DNA from: Octopus vulgaris
Lineage: Eukaryota
DNA length: 64,000 nt
Direction of reading: 5' to 3'
Assembly: GCA_951406725.2 (NCBI GenBank)
Contig: OX597830.1
Location: forward strand, 29,140,001 to 29,204,000
Positions 42,213-54,999 of this stretch are shown piece by piece (within the stretch, counting starts at the first letter, position 1; every line of letters begins with the position of its first letter). The translations under genes and the position numbers were made by a program. The notes below the pieces were generated by a model. It did not search any database and was not told the DNA's origin. It saw nothing but the letters and a program-made list of their open reading frames with translations.

Positions 42213-42767
42213 GTATGAGAGAGCAGTTCATGCACTCAAAGTGACACAGCGGTAAAATATACGAAGCCTAGTATACCCATCCTGACTACTCGTCTGATAA
42301 GGGTACACTAGGCACATGCATCACAACCATATGTGCTCGACATGGTTATCACATATGAAGATAAACAGCGCATGACCTTGCAGGTGGGGCCCAGTTAGAA
42401 TTTTCTTCTGGTCGAATAACCAATGTTGCTCAAAAGGTCCCTGAATAAGGGTTGTTTAAAGATGTTGAACGAAACACCTCTGTTTCCAGAGGGGAATTAT
42501 TCAAACTCCAAATAATCCCTCTCAACACATGGCTATGATGCTCCCCCAGTACTTCTTCTCGTGATCAGAAATGTACATATCGTCAGCCCCCAAGAGACAT
42601 GCTCAACTAGTTACGGTCGAACAACTGACAAGCAAATCTATGGTATTGAGCCGAATATTTGCTGTAGCCCATCTTTTATACCAAGACAAAACAATGTACA
42701 TGATAACACTTCCAATCAGCTAAGATGAGAAGCTACGAGAGTCACTGCCTGGTACTGCCCCAAGGCA
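42213..42767. mobile_element. Non-coding ~555-bp interspersed element (family F) flanked by TAA repeats
   Basis: Highly similar to 47666-48092. No ORF or TIR; both copies are bounded by (TTA)n. Confidence 0.8.
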
Positions 42768-42803
42768 CTATTACTATTATTATTATTATTATTATTATTA
42801 TTC

Positions 42804-42867
<64 letters not shown>

Positions 42868-42886
42868 CATCATCATCATCATCATC

Positions 42887-42959
<73 letters not shown>

Positions 42960-43007
42960 TATTATTATTATTATTAATATTATTATTATTATTACTATTA
43001 ATATTAA

Positions 43008-43044
<37 letters not shown>

Positions 43045-43087
43045 ATTAATATTATTATTATTATTATTATTATTATTATCATCATCA

Positions 43088-43153
<66 letters not shown>

Positions 43154-43154
<1 letters not shown>

Positions 43155-43621
43155 TTTTTTTTCTTCTTTCAAATTTGCTTCCATTTCTTGCCGGGTGTCT
43201 TACCGACTCCTAGGGCAAAGAAACTCATAGTATACATTGGTAGGCCATTAAACCAAACTCAATAGTTCGTTCATTTTTTTTTTTTTAAAGTTAAATTAAA
43301 ATACATGAGCAGTAACAGTTCTCACATCGACAATGCTCTTCTCAATACGTGTGATGTACCAGTTAAGACAATCTTTTGCAATTCTTGCAGGGATGGTAAG
43401 CCAGGGATCATTCTCATATAATTTTCGGTTCCCTTCTTGATCATTCCTAGTGCTCCTACGATCACTGGTATTGTAACCGCCTTGAGATGCCACATTTTCT
43501 CAATTTCAATGAGTAGGTCTTTATATTTTCTGAGCTTGTCAAACTCTTTCGCTGAGATATTATGATCACAGGGGATGCTCATGTCGATCAATAAGCAAAC
43601 TTTATTGTTTTGGTCTTTCAC

Positions 43622-43623
<2 letters not shown>
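43154..43623 (-). mobile_element. 5'-truncated R4/Dong-like retrotransposon, second lineage, in (TAA)n
   Basis: VKDQNNKVCLLIDMSIPCDHNISAKEFDKLRKYKDLLIEIEKMW..PVIVGALG..VLTGTSHVLRRALSM* is an uninterrupted frame. Both flanks are TAA repeats. Confidence 0.9.
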
Positions 43624-43675
<52 letters not shown>

Positions 43676-44507
43676 CATTATTATTATTATCGATTTCCTC
43701 TGCTTGCCAAACATAGGAACGGATTTGCAGTAGCATTTTTGCTATTTCGTTATATTAAGAAGTCAACTCCTCTCAAATCATCTTTGCTTTCATTCCCTCA
43801 ATGAAATGGGTGCAACACAAAAAATGAGATCGCCGTGAATAACTTAAACTTCTCCTCTCAACATCGTTGCCGGCTTTAATCTTATGGCAGGGAAATACTT
43901 ATTTATTGACCATTCTTTGTCCAGTTGAAACGTTGCTAATGTAATCTTTGAATGCCTTCTTTCTGTCGTCCATAAACCAAAATACAAGTTTTAAAATGAG
44001 ATATTCTATCAAGTATCAAGTATTTTGCCCGGTGGGCTAACGATTCGGCCACGTCACGCCTCTACCGAGCATAGCATGTGTTAGAAATTGTCAATAAAGT
44101 TCCTAAATGGCTTTTCGAGAATATTCTGTCTGCTATATCTAGTAGACGAAGCAACCACATACATGCTACCTGATTGAGCCATATACTCAGCATGTGTATT
44201 GCGTTTGCTGAAATCTCATGCGAATCATAGTAAGAACATCTGATTAACAACTTCATTATTGGGATTTCAACTTCTTTCATGCCCTATCTCTTTCATGTTC
44301 ACGCACCAAATTAAGTACACTACGTGGTTTAACATTCACAAAATTAGGTGAATGTTACTTATTGAATGCACCAAAAGTATGTGTAAAGCAAATATACTTG
44401 ATTTCATGTTTACAAATTTAATTAGGTCCTACTGTGCAGATTCTTTCAAGAACGTCTTTCAACACAAGGTCTCAGGTATTTCTAAGAAGATTAAAATAAG
44501 AAATACG

Positions 44508-44639
<132 letters not shown>

Positions 44640-44696
44640 GTCTGTCTATCTATATATCTGTCTGCGTGTCTGTGTGTCTGTTTGTCTGTATGTCTA

Positions 44697-44755
<59 letters not shown>

Positions 44756-44785
44756 TTGTCTGCTTTGCTGTTCGTCTTTCTATCA

Positions 44786-44846
<61 letters not shown>

Positions 44847-45247
44847 CACACATACATATATATGTCTGTGTGTGTTTGTAGAGTGATTCAATCTCATCAA
44901 TTTATGCATAATATTTCATTTAAAAAAATCAAGACGTATGATATGTAAATGTTTATGCATAAAACGTGTGATGCAACCGGTAACACGCAGTAACTGCTGC
45001 AAGTACAATCTGTTAACCAATTCGCATTTTAAAAGCAAGAACCAACAACACACCAGAAATGCTAATCAAATTTATAAATATATATATATATATAAAACTC
45101 CATCAGAATGGACGAAAGCGCTAATATATGATATACGATATAAGTTATATGATGTATAAAAACATGTAACGTAGAAATATATATCTGTAAACATAAAACC
45201 ATCCGAATTTCTTCTAATATAAAATACCTGTACACCATCTCCAAACC

Positions 45248-45299
<52 letters not shown>

Positions 45300-45302
<3 letters not shown>

Positions 45303-46072
45303 GGTGATCCAAAAGTCGCCATACATAGGAAAAATTCATTTTTTTACAAGAGACATAGGCGCAGGAGTGGCTGTGTGGTAAGTAGCTTGCTAACCAACCA
45401 CATGGTTCCGGGTTCAGTCCCACTGCGTGGCATCTTGGGCAAGTGTCTTCTGCTATAGTCCCGGGCCGACCAATGTGAGTCGATTTGGTAGACAGAAACT
45501 GTATATACATATATGTATGTATGTATGTGTGTATGTGTTTGTGTGTCTGTGTTTGTCCCCCTAGCATTGCTTGACAACCGATGCTGGTGTGTTTACGTCC
45601 CTGTCATCTAGCGGTTCGGCAAAAGAGACCGATAGAATAAGTACTGGGCTTACAAAGAATAAGTCCCGGGGTCGATTTGCTCGACTAAAGGCGGCTTTCC
45701 AGCATGGCCGCAGTCAAATGACTGAAACAAGTAAAAGAGTAAAAGAGAGAGAGAGACAGTTTATAACACCCCTAGATCCCCTGATCTGACCTATCTTGAA
45801 ATTCTATCTTTGGGGGCATTTCAGAGGCATGTTGTATCGCAAAAAGATCAAAGACATAAAGTATTTGAAGGAACGCATCACCATTTCATTTTCACAAGTG
45901 TCTCCAGATGTGCTATAACGAGTTCACAATGAGTGGGGTAAGCGTATTACATTGTATTCAAAACAATGGTAACCATACAGAGCCTGCTAAACAAAATAGA
46001 ATCTGTTCTTATAAACTGCTTCGTATAAAAAGATAAATTGTTCTTATGTATGGGGACTTGTGAATCACCCTG
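45300..46072 (+). mobile_element. Internally deleted Tc1/mariner element (rosa DD41D- or maT DD37D-like) with ~65-bp TIRs and TA TSD
   Basis: TA|CAGGGTGATCCAAAAGTCGCCATACATAGGA ... TCTTATGTATGGGGACTTGTGAATCACCCTG|TA. C-terminal transposase remnant PRSPDLT..FYLWGHFRGMLYRKK..LKERI..NNGNH. Confidence 0.85.
45358..45751 (+). mobile_element. SINE family A inserted into the left TIR of the Tc1/mariner element
   Basis: Full head GGCGCAGGAGTGGCTGTGTGG; TSD AGAGACA at 45349-45355 and 45752-45758. Confidence 0.9.
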
Positions 46073-46104
46073 TAAATGTATATATATATAAATGATAAAT
46101 GCTT

Positions 46105-46330
46105 CCTTGTTGAGCCATGCCAAGCCAAGCCCATGGGGGCTGATTCCCGATTTCAGTGGTGTATATATTCCACACCTGGACGGGACACGGGTCCATCGTA
46201 GGATTACTCATTTTCGCGAGGTGAAGGAACCGAAACAGCGTTAAATGAAATGCTTGCTCAAAAACACAATGCTTAGCGCGGTTCCAGTATCCAAATTACA
46301 ATCTTATGATCTTGAGTCCAACGCCACTAC
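46105..46330 (-). mobile_element. SINE family E, diverged (tRNA-like head on the minus strand)
   Basis: The reverse complement has a decayed tRNA-like head, TGTGTTTTTGAGCAAGCA and CCTACGATGGACCCGTGTCCCGTCCAGG, a motif I recall from metazoan SINE bodies. Confidence 0.55.
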
Positions 46331-46475
46331 TATATATATGTGTGTGTCTGTGTGTGTCTGTGTGTTTCGTGTGTGTTCGAGTGTGTGCGCGCGCGTGTAT
46401 ACATAAAATTTATGTTTCTGTCCTTACATAAGACCTAACAGATGGTTTCCCGCATCACACACACACACACGTATT

Positions 46476-46517
<42 letters not shown>

Positions 46518-46669
46518 ATGAGCTCCCTTTAGTTTCCAACTACCCGATACGTTTATAAGGTTTCGGTTTCTACGCAGTGGGATTGAACCCGGCACAACGT
46601 AGTTGGAAAGGAAACTTCCAACAATACAGACATGCTTGCACCTGCTTATAAACAGTTGTCTCTCTCTCT

Positions 46670-46746
<77 letters not shown>

Positions 46747-46761
46747 CATATATAAATATAC

Positions 46762-46806
<45 letters not shown>

Positions 46807-46810
46807 TATC

Positions 46811-46884
<74 letters not shown>

Positions 46885-47065
46885 ATGCGTCTGTGTGATA
46901 ATATAAAGATATGTAAATATATAGCATATATAACCGATCTATGCATAAATAATTAAAATATTAACGTTCATCTACGGCAATTAATATACGACACCTGCGA
47001 TTTTTTGTATAGCAGACTCATTAATTTCTATTACAGAGAATGCAACATGAAATACCTGTAGTTGT

Positions 47066-47110
<45 letters not shown>

Positions 47111-47457
47111 AACTACTTTTAAGATTATTATTACATTGCATTAATTATCTGTTACCAAAACTCTCATTATTTTTCGCGTTATTATTCTCATACAATTGTA
47201 ATTGTCTTGGACTTTATGTTTAGCAATTGTCAGGTTAAGTGGTTTTCGAAATTCAGTTTTATTGCATTCTTCCTATTGTTTCTAATTTTTGAGATAACCC
47301 CAGAAGCAGATACACTCTATAATTCCTGGAATAGGAAGATAGGCATTTAATAAATGAAGGATTTAATTCACTCGACAGTGAATTAATTTTTACGCTTACA
47401 CATATATGGTAGCGTTTCAAAATATCAAATATATATATTTTTATTATTCTCATAATG

Positions 47458-47645
47458 CAGCGAGCTAGCAGAATGGTTGACACGCCCGGCAAAAGGCTTA
47501 CCGGCATTTCATCTTTCCGATCTGGATTCAAATTTTGGCGCGATCGACTATGACTGTCATCATTTCGGTGTCACCATTTGTGCACTGAATGAATGTAATC
47601 AACTAACCCCTGCCCACCAAATTTCAGACCATCTGCTTATGGATC
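47458..47645 (+). mobile_element. SINE family B, old diverged copy
   Basis: GCGAGCTAGCAGAATGGTTGACACGCCCGGCAAAA head plus a decayed core. Confidence 0.7.
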
Positions 47646-47665
47646 ATAAGATTATTATTATTATT

Positions 47666-48092
47666 GAGTGAGAGAACAGTTCATGCCATCAAAGTGACAC
47701 TGGGGTAAAATATACGAAGCCCAATATACCCATCATGACTACCCGTCTGATAAGGGTACACCAGGCATATGCATCACAACCATATGTGCGCGACATGGTG
47801 ATCTCATATCAAGATAAACAGCACATGACCTTGCAGGTGGGGCCCAGTTAGAATTTTCTTCAGATTGAGTAGCCCATCCTGCTGAAAAGGTCCCTGAATA
47901 AGGGTTGTTTAAGGATGTTGAAAGAACCACCCATGTTTCCAGAGGTGAATTATTCAAACCCCAAAGAATCCCTCTCAACACATGGCTATGATGCTCCCCC
48001 ACTACTTCTGCTCGTGATCAGAGATGCACATATCGTCAGCCACTAAGGGACATGCTCAACTGGTTAAAGTCAAACAACTGACAAGCAAATCT
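47666..48092. mobile_element. Family F element, truncated copy
   Basis: Colinear with 42213-42640. Confidence 0.8.
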
Positions 48093-48115
48093 TCTTCTTA
48101 TTATTATTATTACTA

Positions 48116-48158
<43 letters not shown>

Positions 48159-48159
<1 letters not shown>

Positions 48160-48887
48160 TTCTCTTTATCAAATGTTTCGTTGCATCTCCTAGGGTCTAG
48201 CATGCGTAGCGGGGTTACTATCAGCAGCCAACAGTACCATTATATTGGTTCTTTTCAGCCATCTAATACTTTCCTGGTTATTCTGGCTGCACCAAGGAGG
48301 CAAAACTCTTGTAACTGTTCTACAGGGTACTCCATTCCAATTCCCGTTATAGCCCATTTTATGCCTTCTTATGCAATGTCTAGGACCCAGCAATAATTGG
48401 CACTATCTTCACATTCTTCATTTTCCATAACTGGGCTTTTTCGTACTTAAGAGGGTCGTATTTGTCTATCTTTTCGCCTTCTATCTTGCCTATTCGTGGG
48501 TCAAAGAAGCATGCAACATCAACTATATAACATACAGATGATATTGCTAGTTTCCTACTCCATCACACTTTGCGGTTTGTGCTCCTACCACGTCATGCCT
48601 CTCTCTAGCTCACAATTTTCGCACAGTTCCCAATGTAGCACTTGCACAGCCTGATCGTGTCACCACAACTTGTAATGGTTTTCAGCAAACCTAAGGCATT
48701 CGTTCGTGATATTGGCAACGGTTTCATCCTCTCATTTGCAGATGCAGCACAGCGGATACATTTGCTCATTCCTAAGGGCGACCATCCATTTCCTGGGCAA
48801 AGTTTGGTCTTGTGCTGCTAATATAGTGCTTTCGGTCATCTTTAATTGTCCTTCATGGCCTTTTTGTACTTCTTCCTTTGGTTTCCT
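48159..48887 (-). mobile_element. 5'-truncated R4/Dong-like retrotransposon, third lineage (CCHC knuckle, RLE and 3' UTR)
   Basis: GQLKMTESTILAAQDQTL..PLCCICK*EDETVANITNEC..HDQAVQVLHWELC..IVDVACFFD..EGEKIDKYDPLKYE..LW..CLLGAARITRKVLD*. The 3' end abuts (TAA)n. Confidence 0.85.
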
Positions 48888-48973
48888 TCTTCTTCTTCTT
48901 CTTCTTCTTCTTCTTCTTCTTCTTCTTCTTCTTCTTCTTCTTCTTCTTCTTCTTCTTCTTCTTCTTCTTCTTT

Positions 48974-49076
<103 letters not shown>

Positions 49077-49160
49077 CAGTATTGTCTGTCTGAGGATCTT
49101 GTGACCTGACAGATGACCAAAGACTCAAGTGTATTTTTACCTACACTGTGCTACGAAGGG

Positions 49161-49223
<63 letters not shown>

Positions 49224-49790
49224 TTTATTTGAAAGTGTACTGAAAACTTGTGGATATCTAAGGTTACAGCTAGTAACCCGCTACCCACATAAATGCTACC
49301 GGGAATAAGACCAAAGCAAAGTCAAACCAAATAACAACAACAGCAACACCAAACAGAAGAAGAAGAAGAAGAAGAAGAAGAAGAAGAAGAAGAAGAAGAA
49401 GAAGAAGAAGACGACGAAGAAGAAGAGGGTGAAGAAGAAGAAAAGAGGAGGAAGAAAAAGGGGAGGATGCGGAAGATGGAAAAAAGAGGAACAAGAACAG
49501 GAAGAGGAATGAAAAGAAAGGGAAGGTAGAAGAAAAAGAAGAAGAAGAAAAAGAAGAAAAAGGAGAAGAAGAAAGAGAAAAAGGAAGATCCTCTTTTATT
49601 CTTCCACTTCCTTTCTCTTCTTCCACCACCTCCCCTTCTTCCACCTCCCTCTCTCTTTCCACCGACTTTTCTTCTTCTATCTCTTCTTCCACCTCTTCTT
49701 CTTTATATTCTTCTTCTTCTTCTCCTTCTCCCCCTCCTCCTCCTCTTCCTTCTTCTTCTTCTACCTCTGCTTCTATCTCTTCTTCCCCCG

Positions 49791-49824
<34 letters not shown>

Positions 49825-50182
49825 GCTGCTGCAGCTGCTGCTGCAGCTGCTGCTGCTAAAATCACCACCACCACCACAACCACCACCGCCACTACGCCTA
49901 CTACCGTCACCCAAACCACCTCAACCGCTCCTAACGTATCTCATACATTAGCCTTTAGCGAATTGTTGAAATAGTCAAACCTGATTTAATATATTTGCTT
50001 GATCTTTGTTGTTTTTGTTGCCGTTGTTTTTGTTCAAACCTGTGTCTGCCTTATAGAGCAGATATCCAGCAAGACCTTCTAACCGTGAACGTCCCGTCGT
50101 TTATTGATCATATTCAATTAATAATATTTGAATTCTCCCAACACGGCGTCCTTCAGTGCTTGTCAGTATATCTTCGGATATT

Positions 50183-50752
50183 GCCAGAATCGTTAGCACG
50201 CCGGGTGAAAAGCTTAGCGGTATTTCGTCTGCCCTTACGTTCTGAGTTCAAATTCCGCCAAGGCCGACTTGGCCTTTCATCCTTTCGGGGTCGATAAATT
50301 AAGTACTAGTTACTCACTGGGGTCGATGTAATCGACTTAATCTGTTTGTCTGTCCTTGTTTGTCTTCTCTGTGTTTAGCCCCTTGTGGGTAGTAAAGAAA
50401 TAGGCATTTCTTCTGCCCTTACGTTCTGAGTTCAAATTCTGCCGAGGTCGACTTTGCCTTTCATTCTTTCGCGGTCGATAAATTAAGTACCAGTTACTCA
50501 CTGGGGTCGATGTAATCGACTTAATCTGTTTGTCTGTCCTTGTTTGTCTTCTCTGTGTTTAGCCCCTTGTGGGTAGTAAAGAAATAGGCATTTCTTCTGC
50601 CGCTACGTTCTGAGTTCAGATTTGGCCATTGTCGACTTTACCTTTCATCCTACCAGGGTCGATGAAATAAGCACCAGTTGCATACTGGGGTCGATGTAAT
50701 TGACTAGTCCCTTCACCCCAAATTTGAAGCCTTGTGCTATAATAGAAATTAT
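50183..50752 (+). mobile_element. SINE family B multimer: head, two near-identical 184-bp bodies and a third body with a different tail
   Basis: Unit starts at 50219, 50403 and 50587. Confidence 0.9.
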
Positions 50753-51055
50753 TATTTTCTTATGATATTTCATTCCGTCATTACCATTGCCCATATATTC
50801 CTTCTCCTCCTTCTCCTCCTCCTCATCATCATCATCCTCATCCTCATCATCATAATCGCCGTCTTCATTATCATCTTCATTAGCATCGCCGTCGTTGTCG
50901 TCATCATCATCATCCACATCTCTTCCTCATCATCATCATCATCGGCGTCGGAGTAATTAACATAGGAATTTTTCCATATTTCTCTTTTTTTTTCTTAGGT
51001 TTTCTATTGTGTACAGGTGGCCAAATGTCAGCCAGAATATCAGAGTAACACTCAC

Positions 51056-51074
51056 CTGAATCGTCATCCCAATA
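51056..51074 (-). CDS. Candidate 19-nt micro-exon (YWDDDS in phase 0)
   Basis: Minus strand: TTTTTCCTTGCTGTTATCAATTTTGATTTTAG|TATTGGGATGACGATTCAG|GTGAGT, with a consensus donor and a good acceptor. Confidence 0.25.
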
Positions 51075-51320
51075 CTAAAATCAAAATTGATAACAGCAAG
51101 GAAAAACAATTGTGTTATTAATATTTGCTGCGGCAATAGCACGTATACGGACACGCCTGTGCGCACGCCCACTCACTAACACCCCCCACACGCACACATA
51201 CAAACGCATACACATACAAACATACACACACACTTATGTCAGTAAATGTCTGTGTGTGTGAGTGTGTGTGTGTAGAGGGTTGAAAGGCAACACACGAGTC
51301 GATATGTTTAAAGAAAATAA

Positions 51321-51650
51321 GACAAGGTAGAAAATGCTAAAATAATTTTATCATGAAGAACATTTTAATACCGGTTTCAGATTTTGCGACTCTTTCAACA
51401 TAGAGTAAGGCATGAAAAACAATTAGATTGTGGGAAAATTAAATGAAATGTTTTTAAAACACACTTCCATAGTTTTGAAATGCCAGGGACATGTTCCTTT
51501 TATTCAGTCTGTCTCTGTCTCTCTTTTTTCTACTCTTTTCCAGAATTTAATTGTTTTTCATACTTTACTCTAAGTTGAAAAAGTCGCAAAGGATGAAACC
51601 GGTACTAAACTGTTCTTCATGATAAAAATATTAAAAAATGTTCCGCCATG
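51321..51650. repeat. Inverted repeat (~115-bp arms), each arm carrying a degenerate GAAACCGGUA hammerhead-like motif; PLE-type
   Basis: Arms ~51321-51437 and ~51536-51650 are imperfect reverse complements. Confidence 0.7.
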
Positions 51651-51716
51651 TCATATTTTCCTTCTATATATATGCATACACATATACGTATGCATATATA
51701 CATACATATATATATA

Positions 51717-51763
<47 letters not shown>

Positions 51764-54282
51764 TTACATATATACACATACATATAAGCGTGTGTGTGTG
51801 TCTGTGTCTGTCTGCGTATATACACAACATCAGTAAACAAACAACACAAACAACACAAGAATATAGACAGTAATACCCTTTTTAGGAGTTGCTGTCGTTT
51901 ATGGATATACTTAACCGTTAACATCATGGTAGACCAAAAGCAAACAAACATACGAAAAAAAAACCTCCTGGAATATACATAAACAAATTGAAAACAAACA
52001 AAATGGAAGAAGAATATGTCAAAGCAATATTTCTTTGAAAAAGATGGAATATTACTCTCCAGCGAATGTTGTCAAGGAATAAGGAAACACTTATTTAGCT
52101 GATTGAAAAGTTGCCAAGTATTGACTTATTAGGTTGTAATTAAAAGTCTCATAACACGCATAAATGCGGAGAAGTCGATCGGGTCAGTAAACGTTATTTA
52201 TTATTCACAAGTAAAACTATAGAATAAAGGTCACTGCGGTACGGAAGCCAGTGAAGTTCATTCTAGTGCCTCATTATAGAGATTCAATATTTCTTAATAT
52301 TAGATGCAAACAATTAGTTTTGTTGGAACCGGCATAAAATATCTCGTGAGCTGGTCGATGACAGCTTGGACAAACTTACGAACTGACTCCATACAAGCGT
52401 GTGGGTTCAAATCAGAGTGATGCTATCCTAGATTTTTCTCCGTATAAATTACGGAATCAAATATTTTGTGGGTTACGTTTAATCACACTTCATTCGAGTA
52501 CAGCGTTACTGATGAAATGTCTCGCATCATAAAATATTTAAGGAATATACCTCTGAGCATATAACGTTGAATACTTCCCAAACAGTATGAAATAGCGCTA
52601 TATATGGTTATTACTATCTAGAAATATCAACAGCATTCTAATAAGGAAGCAACAAAAAAAAAATGAAAGTTATGAATTATAAGGAATACTCGTTTTTATC
52701 CTTTAACTTCAGATTGAAATTTCTAATTCCCCGCCAAATACTATGGAGAAATCATTGTCTTCCTCGTAATGACTGTCCGCTGGCGGACATCAATCGCGTT
52801 TCCATAATTGAAAACATTTATAAGCTGAATAATCATAAATCAACATAGCTGCTTACAGAAATAATGTGGCTGTATTGAAAGATCATTTTTACTAGTCAAA
52901 TGTTAATAAGAAAAAAGTAGATTAGAAACAACATTTGTTGCCTGAGCTCGCGTAGGTGTGTGTTTTATGATCAAGGAATATTCAAACCACTATCTGCTGC
53001 CGAGTGGCAAAGGAGGGAAACAACAAATCATATCAGTAACAATTTTTCCATATATCTTTGAGAGACTATCTGAATGATGTTGAAGTGTATTAAGTATAAA
53101 GGTGTGCAAATCCAAATATATGTTTGGCTTTGTAACAACATTTGGAGGGAGAAGGTGGGATGTTGAAAATATAGATAATTAACGTGTTAAAATGGTGAAG
53201 CAATGTCGAAGAACCAAAAGACACTTCTTCTTAGAACGGACTGAAAAATATTCCGAGTAGCTTAAACAAATATTGATTAAGCCGATGAAGAATAGGACAT
53301 TCGTCGTTGGTTCATATATATACCAGTATTTAATGTCGAATCAATTGAGTTGTTTATATTAATAACTACATGATTGGCGTTTTTTTAATAGTGGTATGAG
53401 ACTAGCAAATGATGTACAATACATTTTGTAGATGTGTGATTTTTATTAGACTCGGTTGAGATTCAGACCAATTTAACAGGATGTCAAACATTTGAGATAT
53501 TGGTTATATATATATACTTGTGTACTTGATTCCTTTCTTAAGCGCAATTGGTTCTCGTTTCGTCTAAAGAGACAGGCACCTGTCATTTACAGTTTAATAC
53601 GTTATGGTCTCAGGCAAAATGTTTACGTATCGGAAATCGTATGGTAAAACACTCGGCCATTCTAAAATTCACCTTCTCCATCATTTTCTTGCGTTCAGGC
53701 ATCTCTTTTTACTTTCTTCATAATTGGGAAATATGAAACGCGGGGAATTAAGCAAGACTGGCTAATGAACTTAACACCTTCGCCTCATCCAAAGATGTTT
53801 TGTTCTGTTGAATTTTCCGTCGCAGGATAGATTTTTCCGTCAAAGTGCTCCAGATGACAAATTTTAATTATTCAGGGCAGCCTGTATTTTCTCAGGCATC
53901 TCATACGTACATGAGTTTTCGCAAGCGTAATCAAATTTATGCAGAAGTAACGGAACAAATGCTAATCTTCTAAGCATTCAAACTAACAAAAACTCATATT
54001 TACAGTAATATATTTTGAGTAATAACTGTTTCCCTCCTTTTATAACACTTTCCCATCTCTTTCACTCCGTTTTTTAACTGTCTGTCTGTCTCTGTTTCAG
54101 TCTCTATTTCTATCTATCTACCATTCTCTTTCACTCTCTATTTCTGTATCTGTCTGTCTGTGTCTCTCTCTGAATATATATACATATATGGATATATATG
54201 TGTGTGTGTGCGTCTCTCTCTCTCTCTCTGTCTGTGTGCGTGTGTGTGTGTGTGTGTTGGGCGGTTGGTAGAAACTGTTGTC

Positions 54283-54463
54283 GCTGTGTGGTAAGAAGCT
54301 TGCTTCCCAACCACACGGTTCTGTGTTCAGTTCCACTGCGTAGCACCTTGGGTAAGTGTCTTCTATTTTAGCCTCGGCTCTACCAAAATCTTGTGCTTGG
54401 ATCTCGTAGATGGAAACTGAAAGAAGCCCATCGTGTGTGTATATATATATATAAATATATATA

Positions 54464-54520
<57 letters not shown>

Positions 54521-54585
54521 ATGCGTGTATGTATATATATATTTATGTGCGTGGGTCTCGTAGATAGAAACTGAAAGAAGCTCAT

Positions 54586-54660
<75 letters not shown>

Positions 54661-54891
54661 ATGTATATATATATTTATGTGCGTGTGTGTTTTTGTATTT
54701 CTGTTGTCCCATCCCTACCGTCATTTTACAACTGTTATTGTTGTGTTTATACCCCCGAAACTTAGCAGTGCGGCAAAAGCGACCGACGGCTTAAGTACTA
54801 AGCTTACACCGAATAAGTCCTGCGGTCGATCTCTTCAAGTAAAAGACGGTGCTCCAGTATGGCCGCAGTCAAATGACTGAATCGTGTAAAA
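54283..54891 (+). mobile_element. SINE family A with an internal ~150-bp duplication
   Basis: TCTCGTAGAT.GAAACTGAAAGAAGC.CATCG plus the microsatellite block occurs at ~54402 and ~54556. Confidence 0.85.
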
Positions 54892-54938
54892 GTGTAGATG
54901 AATAACAAAAAATACTATGATATATATATATATATATG

Positions 54939-54999
<61 letters not shown>

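Noticed and set aside
49270-49914. 214-aa acidic/Ser-rich ORF
   Set aside because: It is made entirely of trinucleotide and low-complexity tracts.
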